DNA of 63,212 nucleotides, filler included, from Chiloscyllium plagiosum (Eukaryota): NCBI RefSeq assembly GCF_004010195.1. It is 5 parts of one record of this genome, joined end to end, with 100 filler letters (N's around TTAATTAATTAA, not from the genome) between each part and the next. Parts side by side here need not be neighbours in the genome. Positions count along the whole stretch, not along the records: positions 1 to 29,408 come from NC_057713.1; 4 more parts are not named here. One strand, written 5' to 3'. A model generated the notes under the pieces. It made no database searches. It worked only from the letters and a program-made list of their open reading frames with translations, and had not been told where the DNA came from. Positions 1 through 11,114 of the stretch are shown piece after piece. The position numbers and the translations under genes were made by a program. Each line of letters opens with the position of its first letter. Within the stretch, counting starts at the first letter, position 1.

Positions 1-631
1 CTCTGGTCTTCGTCACTTCCCTCTGCTGCTCCCGCTCTTTCTTAGCTGCTGCTCGCACTCAAAGTGACCGTTGGCGTCGAAGGGTGAGTATTTATACTCA
101 CTGCTTTCCTTCCCGGCTGCCCCTCCGGTCTTCGTCACTTCCCCCTGCTGCTCCCGCTCTTTCTGTAAAGAGAGAAAAAAACACCGCTGCCCACTACCGG
201 TAAGTAATTTTAAAACAAACTGTCTTACCTTAGCTGCTGCTCGCACTCAAAGTGACCGTTGGCGTCGAAGGGTGAGTATTTATACTCACTGCTTTCCTTC
301 CCGGCTGCCCCTCTGGTCTTCGTCACTTCCCCCTGCTGCTCCCGCTCTTTCTGTAAAGAGAGAAAAAAACACCGCTGCCCACTACCGCTAAGTAATTTTA
401 AAACAAACTGTCTTACCTTAGCTGCTGCTCGCATTCAAAGTGACCGTTGGCGTCGAAGGGTGAGTATTTATACTCACTGCTTTCCTTCCCGGCTGCCCCT
501 CCGGTCCTCGTCACTTCCCCCTGCTGCTCCCGCTCTTTCTGTAAAGAGAGAAAAAAAACACCGCTGCCCGCTACCGGTAAGTAATTTTAAAACAAACTGT
601 CTTACCTTAGCTGCTGCTCGCACTCAAAGTG
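1..631. repeat. 188-bp tandem repeat array (about 3.3 copies, continues off the window edge)
   Basis: Near-identical units recur every 188 nt (ttggcgtcgaagggtgagtatttatactcac at 71, 259 and 447). The array is CpG-rich. Confidence 0.95.
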
Positions 632-1692
632 TAAAGTGATACATTGTAGAAGGAAGAATGACAATCACCACAATGAACTAAACTGCAGAATTTGAAAAGT
701 TACTGTAATAAGCATCCAGGGGACATATACATGCAAATCTTTGGTAAGACAAGTCGAAAAGGCTGTTAGGAAGGCTTATTGGCGCTTGGCTTTATTAATA
801 GAGTACAACAATAAGTGAATTATGCTAAATTTTTACGAACTGCAAGTTAGGTCTCGGCCAGGGGATTGTATTCAACTCAATGAAAGCCTTCCAGTGGTGC
901 AGTAGAAATTTACTGTGGACATCAGTGGCAGCATTTATAGTACATCACCGACTGTCCTTGAGAAAGTCATGAGCTACAGCTTGAACCACTGTTAGGCAGG
1001 GAGTTCCAAGGTTTGCCCAAGTGAAAATGAATTATAGGTTATTATTCCTGGTAAGGATGGTGTGCAGCTTGGATGGAAACTTTCAGATGGTGGTGTTTCC
1101 ATGCAGCTATTGCCATTGCCTTTCTATGTGCTAGTGATCATGTTTTTGGTAAGTAAGTACCTTGGTAAGCATCTGCAATGCATCTTGTCAATGATAAACA
1201 ATGCAGTAGTGGCAGATTGGGGTGTAAATCAAGCAGTCTGCTTCGTCCTGTCAAGCCTGCTTAATGTTGGTACAAATGCTGTCATCCAGCCAAGGGTCAG
1301 TGTAGCATCCCATCATACTCTTGACTTGTGCCTTGTATTTGGAGGATAGGTTTTTGGGAGTCAGGTAGAGGTTAAACTAAGCAAGCTATACAAATACACA
1401 TTATTCTTTGATCTGTGTACTATACTTTACAGAATGTATTTTCTTTGGCTTGCTTCAGTTGTCCTTTGCAAAACCTAGGTAGTTTTTTTTTCACATCCTT
1501 GTATCCTCTTAATGCAAGAAGTATTTTTTATACAATTTCAATTCACACTTGCAAAATAATTTAAAGTGCAGCATGTTCAAGCAAATGTGGTGGCCAGAAA
1601 GGGTAAACTGAGTAAAGATATCATGGTATATCAGGAAATGAAAAATTGATTCTTCCTATTAGTTTTAGTCATAGTGAATAAAAGAACTAAGA

Positions 1693-1999
1693 ATCATAGA
1701 ATCCCTACAGTGTGGAAGCAGGGCATTCAGCCCATCCAGTACCCACCAACTCTCGAAAGGGCATCACACCTAGACTGCTACCCTGTCCTTGCATTTCCCA
1801 TTGCTAATCCATCTAGCCTGCACATCCTGGGATAATTTAGCATGACCAATCCACCTAACCTGCACATCCTTGGACTAATGGGGGCAAACTGACAGGTAGA
1901 ATGTGCAAACTCCAGACAATCATCCGATGTTTGGTATTGAACCGGGGTACCTGGTAATGAGAGGCAGCAGTATTAACCACTGAGCTAGCATACTACCCA
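1693..1999 (-). mobile_element. Degenerate HE1-like V-SINE
   Basis: Reverse-strand similarity to the other copies (ccacctaacctgcacatc, gaatgtgcaaactcca, gaggcagcagtattaaccactg). Confidence 0.8.
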
Positions 2000-2069
2000 A
2001 AATTTAAGGGAGCCATAGCACATACAGAAGTTAATCAAAAACAAAATATGCAGTAAATGGAAGGATTAA

Positions 2070-2281
2070 ATTTAGGGTGTAGGTTTGTTCACTGAGCTGT
2101 AGGTTTGATATCCAGACGTTTCATTACCTGGCTAGGTAACATCATCAGTGGCGACCTCCAAGTGAAGCGAAGCTGTTGTCTCCTGCTTTCTATTTATATG
2201 TTTGTCCTGGATGGCGGTTTGTGGTGATGTCATTTCCTGTCCATTTTCTGAAACGAACAGGAAATAACATCACCACAAACC
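2070..2281 (-). mobile_element. Penelope-like pLTR fragment with hammerhead motif and short terminal inversion
   Basis: Minus strand reads CTGATGA-tgttacctagccaggtaat-GAAACGTC at 2115-2148. 2216-2240 is inverted at 2257-2281. Confidence 0.75.
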
Positions 2282-2286
2282 CCACA

Positions 2287-3473
2287 TGTACCTGGGTAAA
2301 ATTCAAGTGTAGTATCAAATCACCTGGCCCCCAATAACAATTTCTTACTGCAATACAAATCCCTATGAGACTGACCCCCAACACAGGTCAACCACAAATA
2401 ATAAAACCCTGTCAGAGATATAAGGCACCCATCAAAACTTTTGTTTATGTCCTGTGTGCTGCCCACTTATTGTATGCGAAAATAATGAGAAAATAAATAA
2501 TCTGTGACCAATTATAACTACTGATCATCAAGAGCAGCTGGACTTCCTATCTAGAACCAAGACCAAAGGCCAGTGATAGCACTCTGGAAATTGAATATCT
2601 TTTCCAAAAAGAGCCATCATGTCACAGTGATGGAGTCACAGTCCAGTACGAGGGTGACATAAGGTGCAAGAATGGGTACGGGAAGAAAGAAAGCTGAAAC
2701 ATCCACAGTGGATCAGAAATCACAGAATTGATGAAGGGCACTCAGCCCAACCACGTTAGCTTTGTGCTAAGACAAATGGTTCGAGTTGCAAGCGGGCATC
2801 AGAGCCGCCCCGCATTTGCCACGGGACTATGCCTACATTAGGAAATGATAAGAATTCATTTTTGTGTTTTAAACAGCAGTCGCAGCTTTAAAACCCACAA
2901 AAACTCAGCAGCTGCCGGTCTGCCCACGTGACTGGGATATAGGAGACAGAGGGAAACTCCGGAATTAATTAAATATGGAAACCCATCTCCTAATCACATC
3001 AAGAGACTGACTGAAATACACACATACCCATCGATACGGAGCCATTCTGACACAAAGGACAGGCATCCACCAGACAGGAACGGACAGACCAATAAACACC
3101 AACACCCCAAGGGAACAAAGGGGGGTGCTAGCCCCTGCCCTCACAGACAGAGACAAGCAGATAATACCCGGACCCGTTTTACATAAACCAATTAGCACCC
3201 TATTGTGCATGCCCTGCAACTCTCCTGGGACGGCAGGAAACAGCCTATTCGCACCTACTCCAGTGATGATGGGGAACTATCATCCCATTCATCCTCAAAT
3301 CCCACACATCCTGACAACTAAAAGTATATAATATGAAGCTGCGCGCGGGAACAGCAGAGCAGCCGAGATTCGGACCTCGGTTGACCTCCGCCGGCGTTAC
3401 TGCAGTAATAAACGTTACCGATTGTTGAACCGCACTCTGGGCTCGGACTGATATCATTTCATCCGCGCTAAGA
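2287..3473 (+). mobile_element. Putative 5' LTR of an endogenous retrovirus or LTR element (about 1.19 kb)
   Basis: Ordered CCAAT (3188), TATATAA (3325-3331) and AATAAA (3407-3412), a CpG-rich R/U5-like segment, then a PBS-like motif and a splice donor. The left TG boundary is a guess, and the right end reads GA rather than CA. Confidence 0.7.
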
Positions 3474-3474
3474 T

Positions 3475-3533
3475 TGGGGGCTTCGTCCTGGTTAATGACA
3501 GCTGCTGGATCCCTGCGACGGCACTGGGTGAGT
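3475..3533 (+). promoter_or_regulatory. tRNA-Pro-like primer binding site and major splice donor
   Basis: TGGGGGCTTCGTCCTGGTT (3475-3493) compared with the canonical PBS-Pro TGGGGGCTCGTCCGGGAT. GG|GTGAGT donor at 3528. Confidence 0.7.
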
Positions 3534-3600
3534 ATCTTAAACTAATTTGGCAGGGGGATGGGATCCGTCTTGTAGTCCAGCAAGTAAGCTAGCTGTGTGT

Positions 3601-4100
3601 NNNNNNNNNNNNNNNNNNNNNNNNNNNNNNNNNNNNNNNNNNNNNNNNNNNNNNNNNNNNNNNNNNNNNNNNNNNNNNNNNNNNNNNNNNNNNNNNNNNN
3701 NNNNNNNNNNNNNNNNNNNNNNNNNNNNNNNNNNNNNNNNNNNNNNNNNNNNNNNNNNNNNNNNNNNNNNNNNNNNNNNNNNNNNNNNNNNNNNNNNNNN
3801 NNNNNNNNNNNNNNNNNNNNNNNNNNNNNNNNNNNNNNNNNNNNNNNNNNNNNNNNNNNNNNNNNNNNNNNNNNNNNNNNNNNNNNNNNNNNNNNNNNNN
3901 NNNNNNNNNNNNNNNNNNNNNNNNNNNNNNNNNNNNNNNNNNNNNNNNNNNNNNNNNNNNNNNNNNNNNNNNNNNNNNNNNNNNNNNNNNNNNNNNNNNN
4001 NNNNNNNNNNNNNNNNNNNNNNNNNNNNNNNNNNNNNNNNNNNNNNNNNNNNNNNNNNNNNNNNNNNNNNNNNNNNNNNNNNNNNNNNNNNNNNNNNNNN
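3601..4100. other. Assembly gap (500 N)
   Basis: Run of N. Confidence 1.
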
Positions 4101-4469
4101 AACTCCACAGAGCTTTGTTGGGAAAAAAAAAGTTTGAGCAATGGATTAGTCTTGAAGGAAAATGGACGAAGTCCAGGACAAACTAAACTGTGTTGCTCTA
4201 ATGTTGTTATTTTCAGTGCCTATATCAAGGCCAGGTGGTATCTAGGATTTCTTTACTTGTAGCAGTTTTGATAAAACGGAGTGGTTTGCAAAGCCTTTTG
4301 TAGAAGGCAGTTAGAGTCATCAGCCATACTCCTGGGTTCGGAGTCGCACACAGTCCAGACCAGGTAATGGTTTTCTTCCCAAAAGAGACATTGGTGAATT
4401 AGATCAAGATGAGTCATTTGTAACAATTGACAGTGGTTACACGGTCACTATTAGACAAATTGACACTAA

Positions 4470-5315
4470 ACTTGGAAGAATTGTAACTGTGAGGATGACA
4501 ATGTGGAACTCAAAAAAGTCACTGACAGTTTGAAGTGGGTGGACAGGTAGCAGATGAGTTCAATGCAGTCAAGAGTAAGATTATAGACATTGGTTAGAAT
4601 GAAACTAAAAGACAATATAAAATAAGGGAAACAATTCTAAAAGGAATGGAAGATCAGAGAGACTTAGGTGCATATGTGCACAGAGATCATTTAAGGTGCA
4701 GGACAGGTGGTGAGCAGTTAATAAAGCGGTGTTCTCGTCTTTGTTAATAAGGCTATAGAGTACAATAGCAAAGTAATATTGAATTGTATACAGGTGTGGT
4801 GCCACATTGTAGAGAAAATGTGAATGTATTGGAGACAGTGCAGAAGTAATTTACAAGAATAGTTCCAAGAATGAGATACTTCAGTAATGATGACAGGTTG
4901 ATGACGTTGGATCTGTTCTCTCTCGAGAGGTGACTGAGCAGAGATTTGATAGAGGTTTACAAAAATCACAAATGGGCTGGACAGAATAGATGGGGAGAAG
5001 CTGTTATGCTCCTAAAAGGAAAAAAAAAAGCATAGACTCAAAGTGATCTGCGAAAGAAGCAAAGGTGGTCTGGGGGTTAAAACAAAAAACTTCTTTTTTC
5101 ACAGCTAGTAATTAGGGCCTGGAATGTTGTGCCTGAAAATGTGGTAGAGGCAGGTACAATTGAGACATTCAACTGGGCACTGGATGATTGTTTGGATAGA
5201 AATGATGTGCAAGGATATGGGGGAAAGGCAGGAAACTGGCACTAGGTAATAGGAGCAGTGCAGGCACAATGGGTCAAATTGCCTCCTCCTGTGTTGTTAC
5301 AATTTTGGGATTCTA
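4470..5315 (+). mobile_element. Degenerate CR1-type LINE 3' portion
   Basis: Eroded matches to the CR1 RT C-terminus and 3' UTR seen in the intact copy at 30596-31748. Confidence 0.7.
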
Positions 5316-5740
5316 GTTTTTAAATAAAATCTAACATTAATCAAAATTTCACTGTACAGTGGGATTCATAACCAAACCTGACACAGGTTTAAGTCACTGA
5401 AGTCTATGGTACAGGTTAAAGGAGCTCAATATTACAACTGATAACATTGTTCTGCATTCCTGGGTAAACGTACTCCTCTGTTCTGCATCAGAATCTCCCC
5501 AGAAATTGTGGAAGGTTTTAGCATTGATCTGTAGCTATGATACAGATTATATGGCAATTAAAGAGAACACAGCTATCTACCAATGTTTGGGATATGCCTT
5601 TATTACAGGTATCTACCATGAAGACAGCTAACTCCACATTGAATAAAATCCTGTTTCTAACAGTGCATAGTACCACCCTGCTGCCAATGAGGTGAATGTT
5701 TTCTTTGCCCTGCAGTTGTGCACCGGTGTCCACTCATCTT

Positions 5741-6081
5741 CAGATTAGATTAGATTAGATTAGATTAGATTACTTAGTGTGGAAACAGGCCCTTCGGCCC
5801 AACAAGTCCACACCGACCCGCCGAAGCGTATACCACCCAGACCCATACTCCTACGTTTACCCCCTTCACCTAACACTACGGGCAATTTAGCATGGCCAAT
5901 TCACCTAACCTGCACATTTTTGGATTGTGGGAGGAAACCAGAGCACCCGGAGGAAACCCACGCAGACACGGGGAGAATGTGCAAACTATTAGACGAATTT
6001 GAATTGTATACAGGTGTCACCTGAGGCGGGTCTCTGGCGCTGTGAGGCAGCAGTGCTAACCACTGTGCCATCGTGCTGCCC
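5741..6081 (-). mobile_element. HE1-like V-SINE with (AATCT)n tail
   Basis: tRNA-derived head, V-domain (gtgtctgcgtgggtttcctccgggtgctc) and agatt repeats. Confidence 0.9.
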
Positions 6082-6945
6082 TTTTACTCCCTATCATTTT
6101 GTTTGCTTTTTAAATCCTCCCAATTTCATTCTTAATTCCTCCACTAATTCTTTCTTATTTTAGCCTAAATATCTTTTAATTCCCAAAAGCAAATTTAAAA
6201 ATTACAATACTTAAATTGTATTTTACCTTTATCCTGCAAGGCTCTTTTAATACTCAGTATATCATGAAGGCACCAGTTAGAACCAAACAATATTGCCCAC
6301 ACTTAACATTAGGAAAATAATTCATCAGTCATCCTGCTCAGGACTCCACTTCCCAAGCAGTTTGGGCTTGCATTCCACTGAGCTCAACATTCTATTGAAC
6401 TCAACAGGTGCTTGCTTTTCAATAACAGAAAACAATTCACAATAACAGCATTTGCTTGCATACATTTTTTAAATATTGCAAATTAACAAAATAATTTGTA
6501 CTTCTGTGAACCATCACCAAAGTGTTTGCGAACTGTACTGTATTCACAATGTTTCAGAATTGCACCACAGGCCATGATAGAGTTGTTTTTCCACTCTAGA
6601 GGATGAAGATTTGATTTTATTCCTATTAATTGACTGCTAATTTCCATTGCAACTCTTGGCCTAACATAGCAAAATAGACTCAATGGCAAGGACTGCCATG
6701 AAGCCTGTTACCTGTCAGCCTGAATACTTTTTAAATGGATGCTTTGTAGTTGGTGTAGCCATGAGAGAGACAGTGGGGAGGAAAAGTGAGATGGTGGAAA
6801 AAACCTGCAATATCTAATTAGCTGTCTGTTATACAAGATTTGATATCAATGCAAGAGCTGACAAACTGTATTTTATACCAATGTGCAAGTTAAACAGACC
6901 CACAAAGTTCTTAAGATATCATAGTATCATTTGCAAGATGTTACT

Positions 6946-8233
6946 TCATCTTACAAAACCACTATTGCAGACTTTCTCACGAAAGACAGTCCCAGGTAAA
7001 GGTGTTGCTGTTGCTTCCTTGCTCTCTGTTAAAGCTCTTGGTTGATGGATAAACACACTGAATTTCACACCTTGGTTATCTGCAGCACGAACAAACCCAC
7101 TGTTCGCTGTCATTGTGATTGCCTTCAAAGCATCTCCAGTGCCAAAGATAGTAATAGAGCGACTGTTAATTTTTGCACTGGCTTCCAACCTGGATGCCCG
7201 TTCGGAAGGCTGGTCTGGTACAACTTTGATTTCCTGCAACAGCTTCTGTGCCCGGGCCTTTTCTCCAGGGCCACCGAGTGTCTCTAAAATGGCTTGAAAA
7301 TCTTTCACAGCTGATTCACACGCAAACAATTCTTTGTTCTTCATGAAGGCTTGCAGCTTGGGCAACACACTCTCTTCCCTTTCCTGTGAAGCTTGCTCTG
7401 TCAATACTTTCTCCTTAAAGATGAAGCAGCAGCCTCCATGGCTTACTGCCGATACAAAGGTGATCAGCGTGGTTATGTCTAAATTGACACGATTGCAAAA
7501 ATCCACTTTTACCTCAGCCGGAAAGGCAACACTGGCAACAATTGTAGATCGGTCTACTTTTGTCACTTGTAGAGGCTCCTCCAATTCTTCATCAGAGTCA
7601 GCTGAACGATCAGCCTCCTCCATTAGATCAATCATCGAATTCACAGCTACAATATCTCCACGTACTGAGAGCCCCATTTCTTTCAGTCTCTCAGCCATTG
7701 GGCTAGAGATGCCATTATAAAAGGCAAACACAATGTGTGGATTACTGTACTGCACCAGCTGCTGCTTGCTTGCTTCCAAGTAATCTTCTGCTTGCTCAAC
7801 AATACTTTTGTCTCCATACTGGCCTCGCCCCACCCAGATACTGTGCAGAGCCTCAGCTTTCCGGCCAATGGCTTTGACCCAGGTGAGGCCACCGTTTGCA
7901 ACGACATCCACCACAATAGACTGCTTTTCACCGGACTGTTCCTGATAGTTGAAAACGTGCAGCAGGCTCACCACATCATCCAGGCTCTCTGCCGACTCGA
8001 TAACCGCCTTCAGGTGGGTCAGGTTCGTGCTCTGCAGGTGGGACTCCTTCACGGAAACCTTGCCTGCTTCAACTTTGCGTAAGAACTTCAACTCAGCCTT
8101 CAGTTTGCTGCAGAGCTTAGGACCGCCCTGAACCCCACCCAGACGGGAGCGGGACAGCGCCTCCGCCCTCTCCAGCAGCTGCCGGGCTTCAGCGATCCTT
8201 TCAGACAGTATCTTCTGTAAGGACATTGCATCC
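6946..8233 (-). CDS. C7orf25: UPF0415 protein C7orf25 homolog, main coding exon (internal Met at 8226 gives 426 aa)
   Basis: Translation closely matches recalled human C7orf25 ([63 protein letters not shown]). A polypyrimidine/AG acceptor at 8234-8235 shows the ORF-track extension to 8406 is intronic. Confidence 0.97.
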
Positions 8234-8454
8234 CTGAGAAAAAAAAACAAACACCTACAGTTATAACCAGGGTTTTTACAGGTGGAAGCAGCGTGGGGAG
8301 GGAGCATGGGGGAAGGAGGCTGAGGCTCATTGCAGGATTCTAGCAAGGGGCATCTAGATGCAGACCAGTGAACTAGGTCAAAGGGCTCAGAGAGTAGACC
8401 ATTCACAGGTTAGCAGCAATGCACTGCTCAAATTCCAGCAATTCAAGCCCATTC

Positions 8455-8660
8455 CAAGGGACAGGCTGCAGTACAGTACAGAAGGAATGCTGTGTTGTTG
8501 CATATGGAGTTAAACAGAGGCCTGTCTGCCCTCTCAGGCAGATGTAAACAATCCCACATCACTTTTCATACAGGACCAGAGCATAGTCCTGGTTGTATGC
8601 CCAATAGTTAATCTTCAATCAACATTGATCTCACTGCTGTTTCTGGGACCTTTATATGTT
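8455..8660 (+). mobile_element. Ancient Deu-domain-like SINE fragment in the C7orf25 intron
   Basis: gttaaacagaggcctgtctgccctctcaggcagatgtaaacaatccca resembles the Deu-SINE core. A similar copy at about 10660-11300 is split by an HE1. Confidence 0.5.
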
Positions 8661-9514
8661 CTACATCAATGGTGACACCTTGGTTTGTTTTTGATTGTTA
8701 ACAATTTTGGTTGTCTGCTACAGGACTGAGAGTACTTCCCTTTCTTTCCACAGACCTATCACCCACCTTTACCTCTCTGAATAGCCTTCCTGAATCAGAC
8801 ATTTATCATGAAAGATGACAACACTTCATAATTATGAACAATGCTGTTAAACTCTCCTGAATGAAGCCAGGCCTTAATCACTGTCTCTCAGATCACCTAT
8901 TCAAAATCAGAACCTCAGACATTCCAATGGTCTTCCTGACCCACTCACAGCCAGTCTTTCTCCCCACACCTCAAATCAGTCTCTCTCTCAACCCCCCTCC
9001 CATTTCTTTCTCCTTCCCCCACACCATCCTTCCTTCCACTCACCCTCTCCCAATACCTACCCTCTCCCAGGCCATGCGTATCACCACAGTTCCCTCCTCA
9101 ATTCCTTTGTCTTAAAACATATAAGTATAGGAAATAGGTGCAGGAGTAGGCCATTCAGCCCATCAAGCCTGCACCACCATTCAATATGATCATGGCTGAT
9201 CACGCAATCTCACTATCCGGTTCCTGCCCTCTCCCCATACTCCTTGATCTGTTTAGCCACAAAGGCTACTGAATATACTAATGAACTGGCTCCAATAGCT
9301 TGCTATGGGAGAGAATTCCATAGGTTCATAACTCTGAGTGAAGGAATTCTTTCTTCCTCCCTGTCTCTGTCTCCTTCTCCCTCTCCTCTCCTCTCCATCT
9401 CTCTCTCTCTCCCCCTCCCTACCCGAACCCCCTGTCCTCCCTCTCTAACCCCATCTGTCACCTTTCCAGATCCTGGGTCTGGCCTCTTCACCGCCTTCCT
9501 CTTAGTGAGGTCAG

Positions 9515-9600
9515 TCTACCGGAAGTGTATCCCTGTTTTGCCACGTTGACGTCTCACGGCTCCGCCATGTTGGTGAGGGACACAGTCATGCGCAGTAGGT
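9515..9600. promoter_or_regulatory. Compact housekeeping-type promoter of C7orf25
   Basis: ETS ACCGGAAGTG (9518-9527), CRE-like TGACGTC (9547-9553), YY1-like CCGCCATGTT (9562-9571) and NRF1-like CATGCGCA (9587-9594) in a local CpG cluster. Confidence 0.75.
9558..9568 (-). CDS. C7orf25: Inferred first coding micro-exon of C7orf25 (ATG GCG GAG CC)
   Basis: Kozak ccAacATGG and donor CC|GTGAGA at 9557. Splicing to 8233 gives in-frame [15 protein letters not shown]. Confidence 0.7.
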
Positions 9601-10100
9601 GATATCGCACAAATCGGGGAGGAGGAGTAAAGGAATGGGTGAGGTCGGTGATGAAAGGTGGAGAGGGTTATTAAACATGAAAATGGGGTAATGAAGCGGG
9701 AATAGAAATGTGTCATAAAGTGGAGAGAGGAGGAAGGGGAGGACTGAAGTTGTTGGGGTAATGAATAATGGATAATGATTTGGGGAAGAGTGGAGTATCA
9801 AAGGATGAGGGGGGTGGGGTAACAAAATGGGGAGAAGGGAGTAACAAACGAGGGAAGAAATTAAGAGGAGGAGGAGTAAGGGATGGCTAATCATCCATGA
9901 TATTCCCTAATTGCTAACTTCAAAGTGCAGGGGGTGCTGCTTTATCAAACAGTTACACATTTTGAAACAGAATGGGGTATCAGTGCCTGTAAAGTCTGCA
10001 TAGTTACCTCTCGAAAATGTAATGATGCAGGGAAACATATCAATCCTGAAATCTGAGATACTGGAATTTTTAATCAGTGATTGCATTGTACTTTATCTGG

Positions 10101-10220
10101 GAGAAAGTGAGGACTGCAGATCAGAGCTGAAAATTGTGTTGCTGGAAAAGCGCAGCAGGTCAGGCAGCATCCAAGGAGCAGGAGAATCGACGTTTCGGGC
10201 ATAAGCCCTTCCTCAGGAAT
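10101..10220 (-). mobile_element. Short Penelope-derived element with minimal hammerhead motif
   Basis: Minus strand CTGAGGA-AGGGC-ttat-GCCC-GAAACGTC at 10189-10216. Confidence 0.8.
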
Positions 10221-10453
10221 GTACTTTATCTGTGTAAATTTTCCTAAAAAAAAACTGCAAGGCCTTGCTTTTAGGGCTGCTGAAATGGTAATGGGATATA
10301 AGCTTTTCTAATCCTCAATTTACAGTTAAACCCAATGTAACATTGTCTTTATTGCACAGTAAACAGAGGAGCAGAGTTTTGCTTTTGTTATGACAGAGTA
10401 TAAAAGGGGAAATATATTTCTAGGGCGAGAGAGAGAGCTAGTAGAAAGCAAGT

Positions 10454-10586
10454 AGAAGCACCTGATGGAGGAGCGGCGCTCCAAAAGCTAGTGTGCTTCC
10501 AATTAAACCTGTTGGACTATAACCTGGTGTTGTGTGATTTTTAACTTTGTACACCCCAGTCCAACACCGGCATCTCCAAAACATGA
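10454..10586 (+). mobile_element. Short Penelope-derived insertion with 16-bp TSD
   Basis: CTAGTAGAAAGCAAGT at 10438-10453 and 10587-10602. Degenerate hammerhead core at 10462-10490. Confidence 0.8.
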
Positions 10587-10802
10587 CTAGTAGAAAGCAA
10601 GTTACCAAAGGAATTGATTACTTTATACTTAAGTGGCAGCTCAGTTGGTCGCCCTCTCAGTTCAAAATACCATCCAGAGACTTGAACTTAAATGTTAAGG
10701 CTGATACTCCAGTGTAGTAGTAAGAGTGTGTTGCATTTTTGCAGGTTCAATTTTTGTGGTAACTTTAAACAGATCTTTAAACTAACAGATGGATGTCAAA
10801 GA

Positions 10803-11114
10803 TCAGCATAGTGGCTCAGTGATTAGCACTGCTACCTCACAGCACCAGCCACCCAGGTTCAATCCCTGCCTCGGGTGACTGTCTGTGTGGAGTTTGTACA
10901 TTCTTCCTGTGTCTGCATGGGTTTTCTTTGGGTGCTTAGGTTTCCTCCCACAATCCAAAGATATATAGGTCAGGTGAATTGGTTATGCTAAATTGTCCAT
11001 AGTATTAGGTGCATTGGTCAGTGGGAAATAGGTCTGGGTGGGTTACTTTTTGGAGGGTCAGTGTGGACTTGTTGGGCTGAAGGGCCTGTTTCCACACTGT
11101 AGGGAATCTAATCT
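10803..11114 (+). mobile_element. HE1-like V-SINE
   Basis: Head, V-domain and gaagggcctgtttccacactgt tail. Confidence 0.88.

Noticed and set aside
13..639. Repeated ORFs or a CRISPR-like interpretation of the initial array
   Set aside because: Units are contiguous with no unique spacers, the context is eukaryotic, and the ORFs simply mirror the repeat.
3542..4262. Long ORFs spanning the N run
   Set aside because: Artefacts of translating through the gap.
7042..8131. Several plus-strand ORFs antisense to C7orf25
   Set aside because: Shadow ORFs of the coding strand with no recognisable motifs.
8234..8406. N-terminal extension of the 486-aa C7orf25 ORF
   Set aside because: Lies upstream of a clear polypyrimidine/AG acceptor and shows no similarity to recalled C7orf25.
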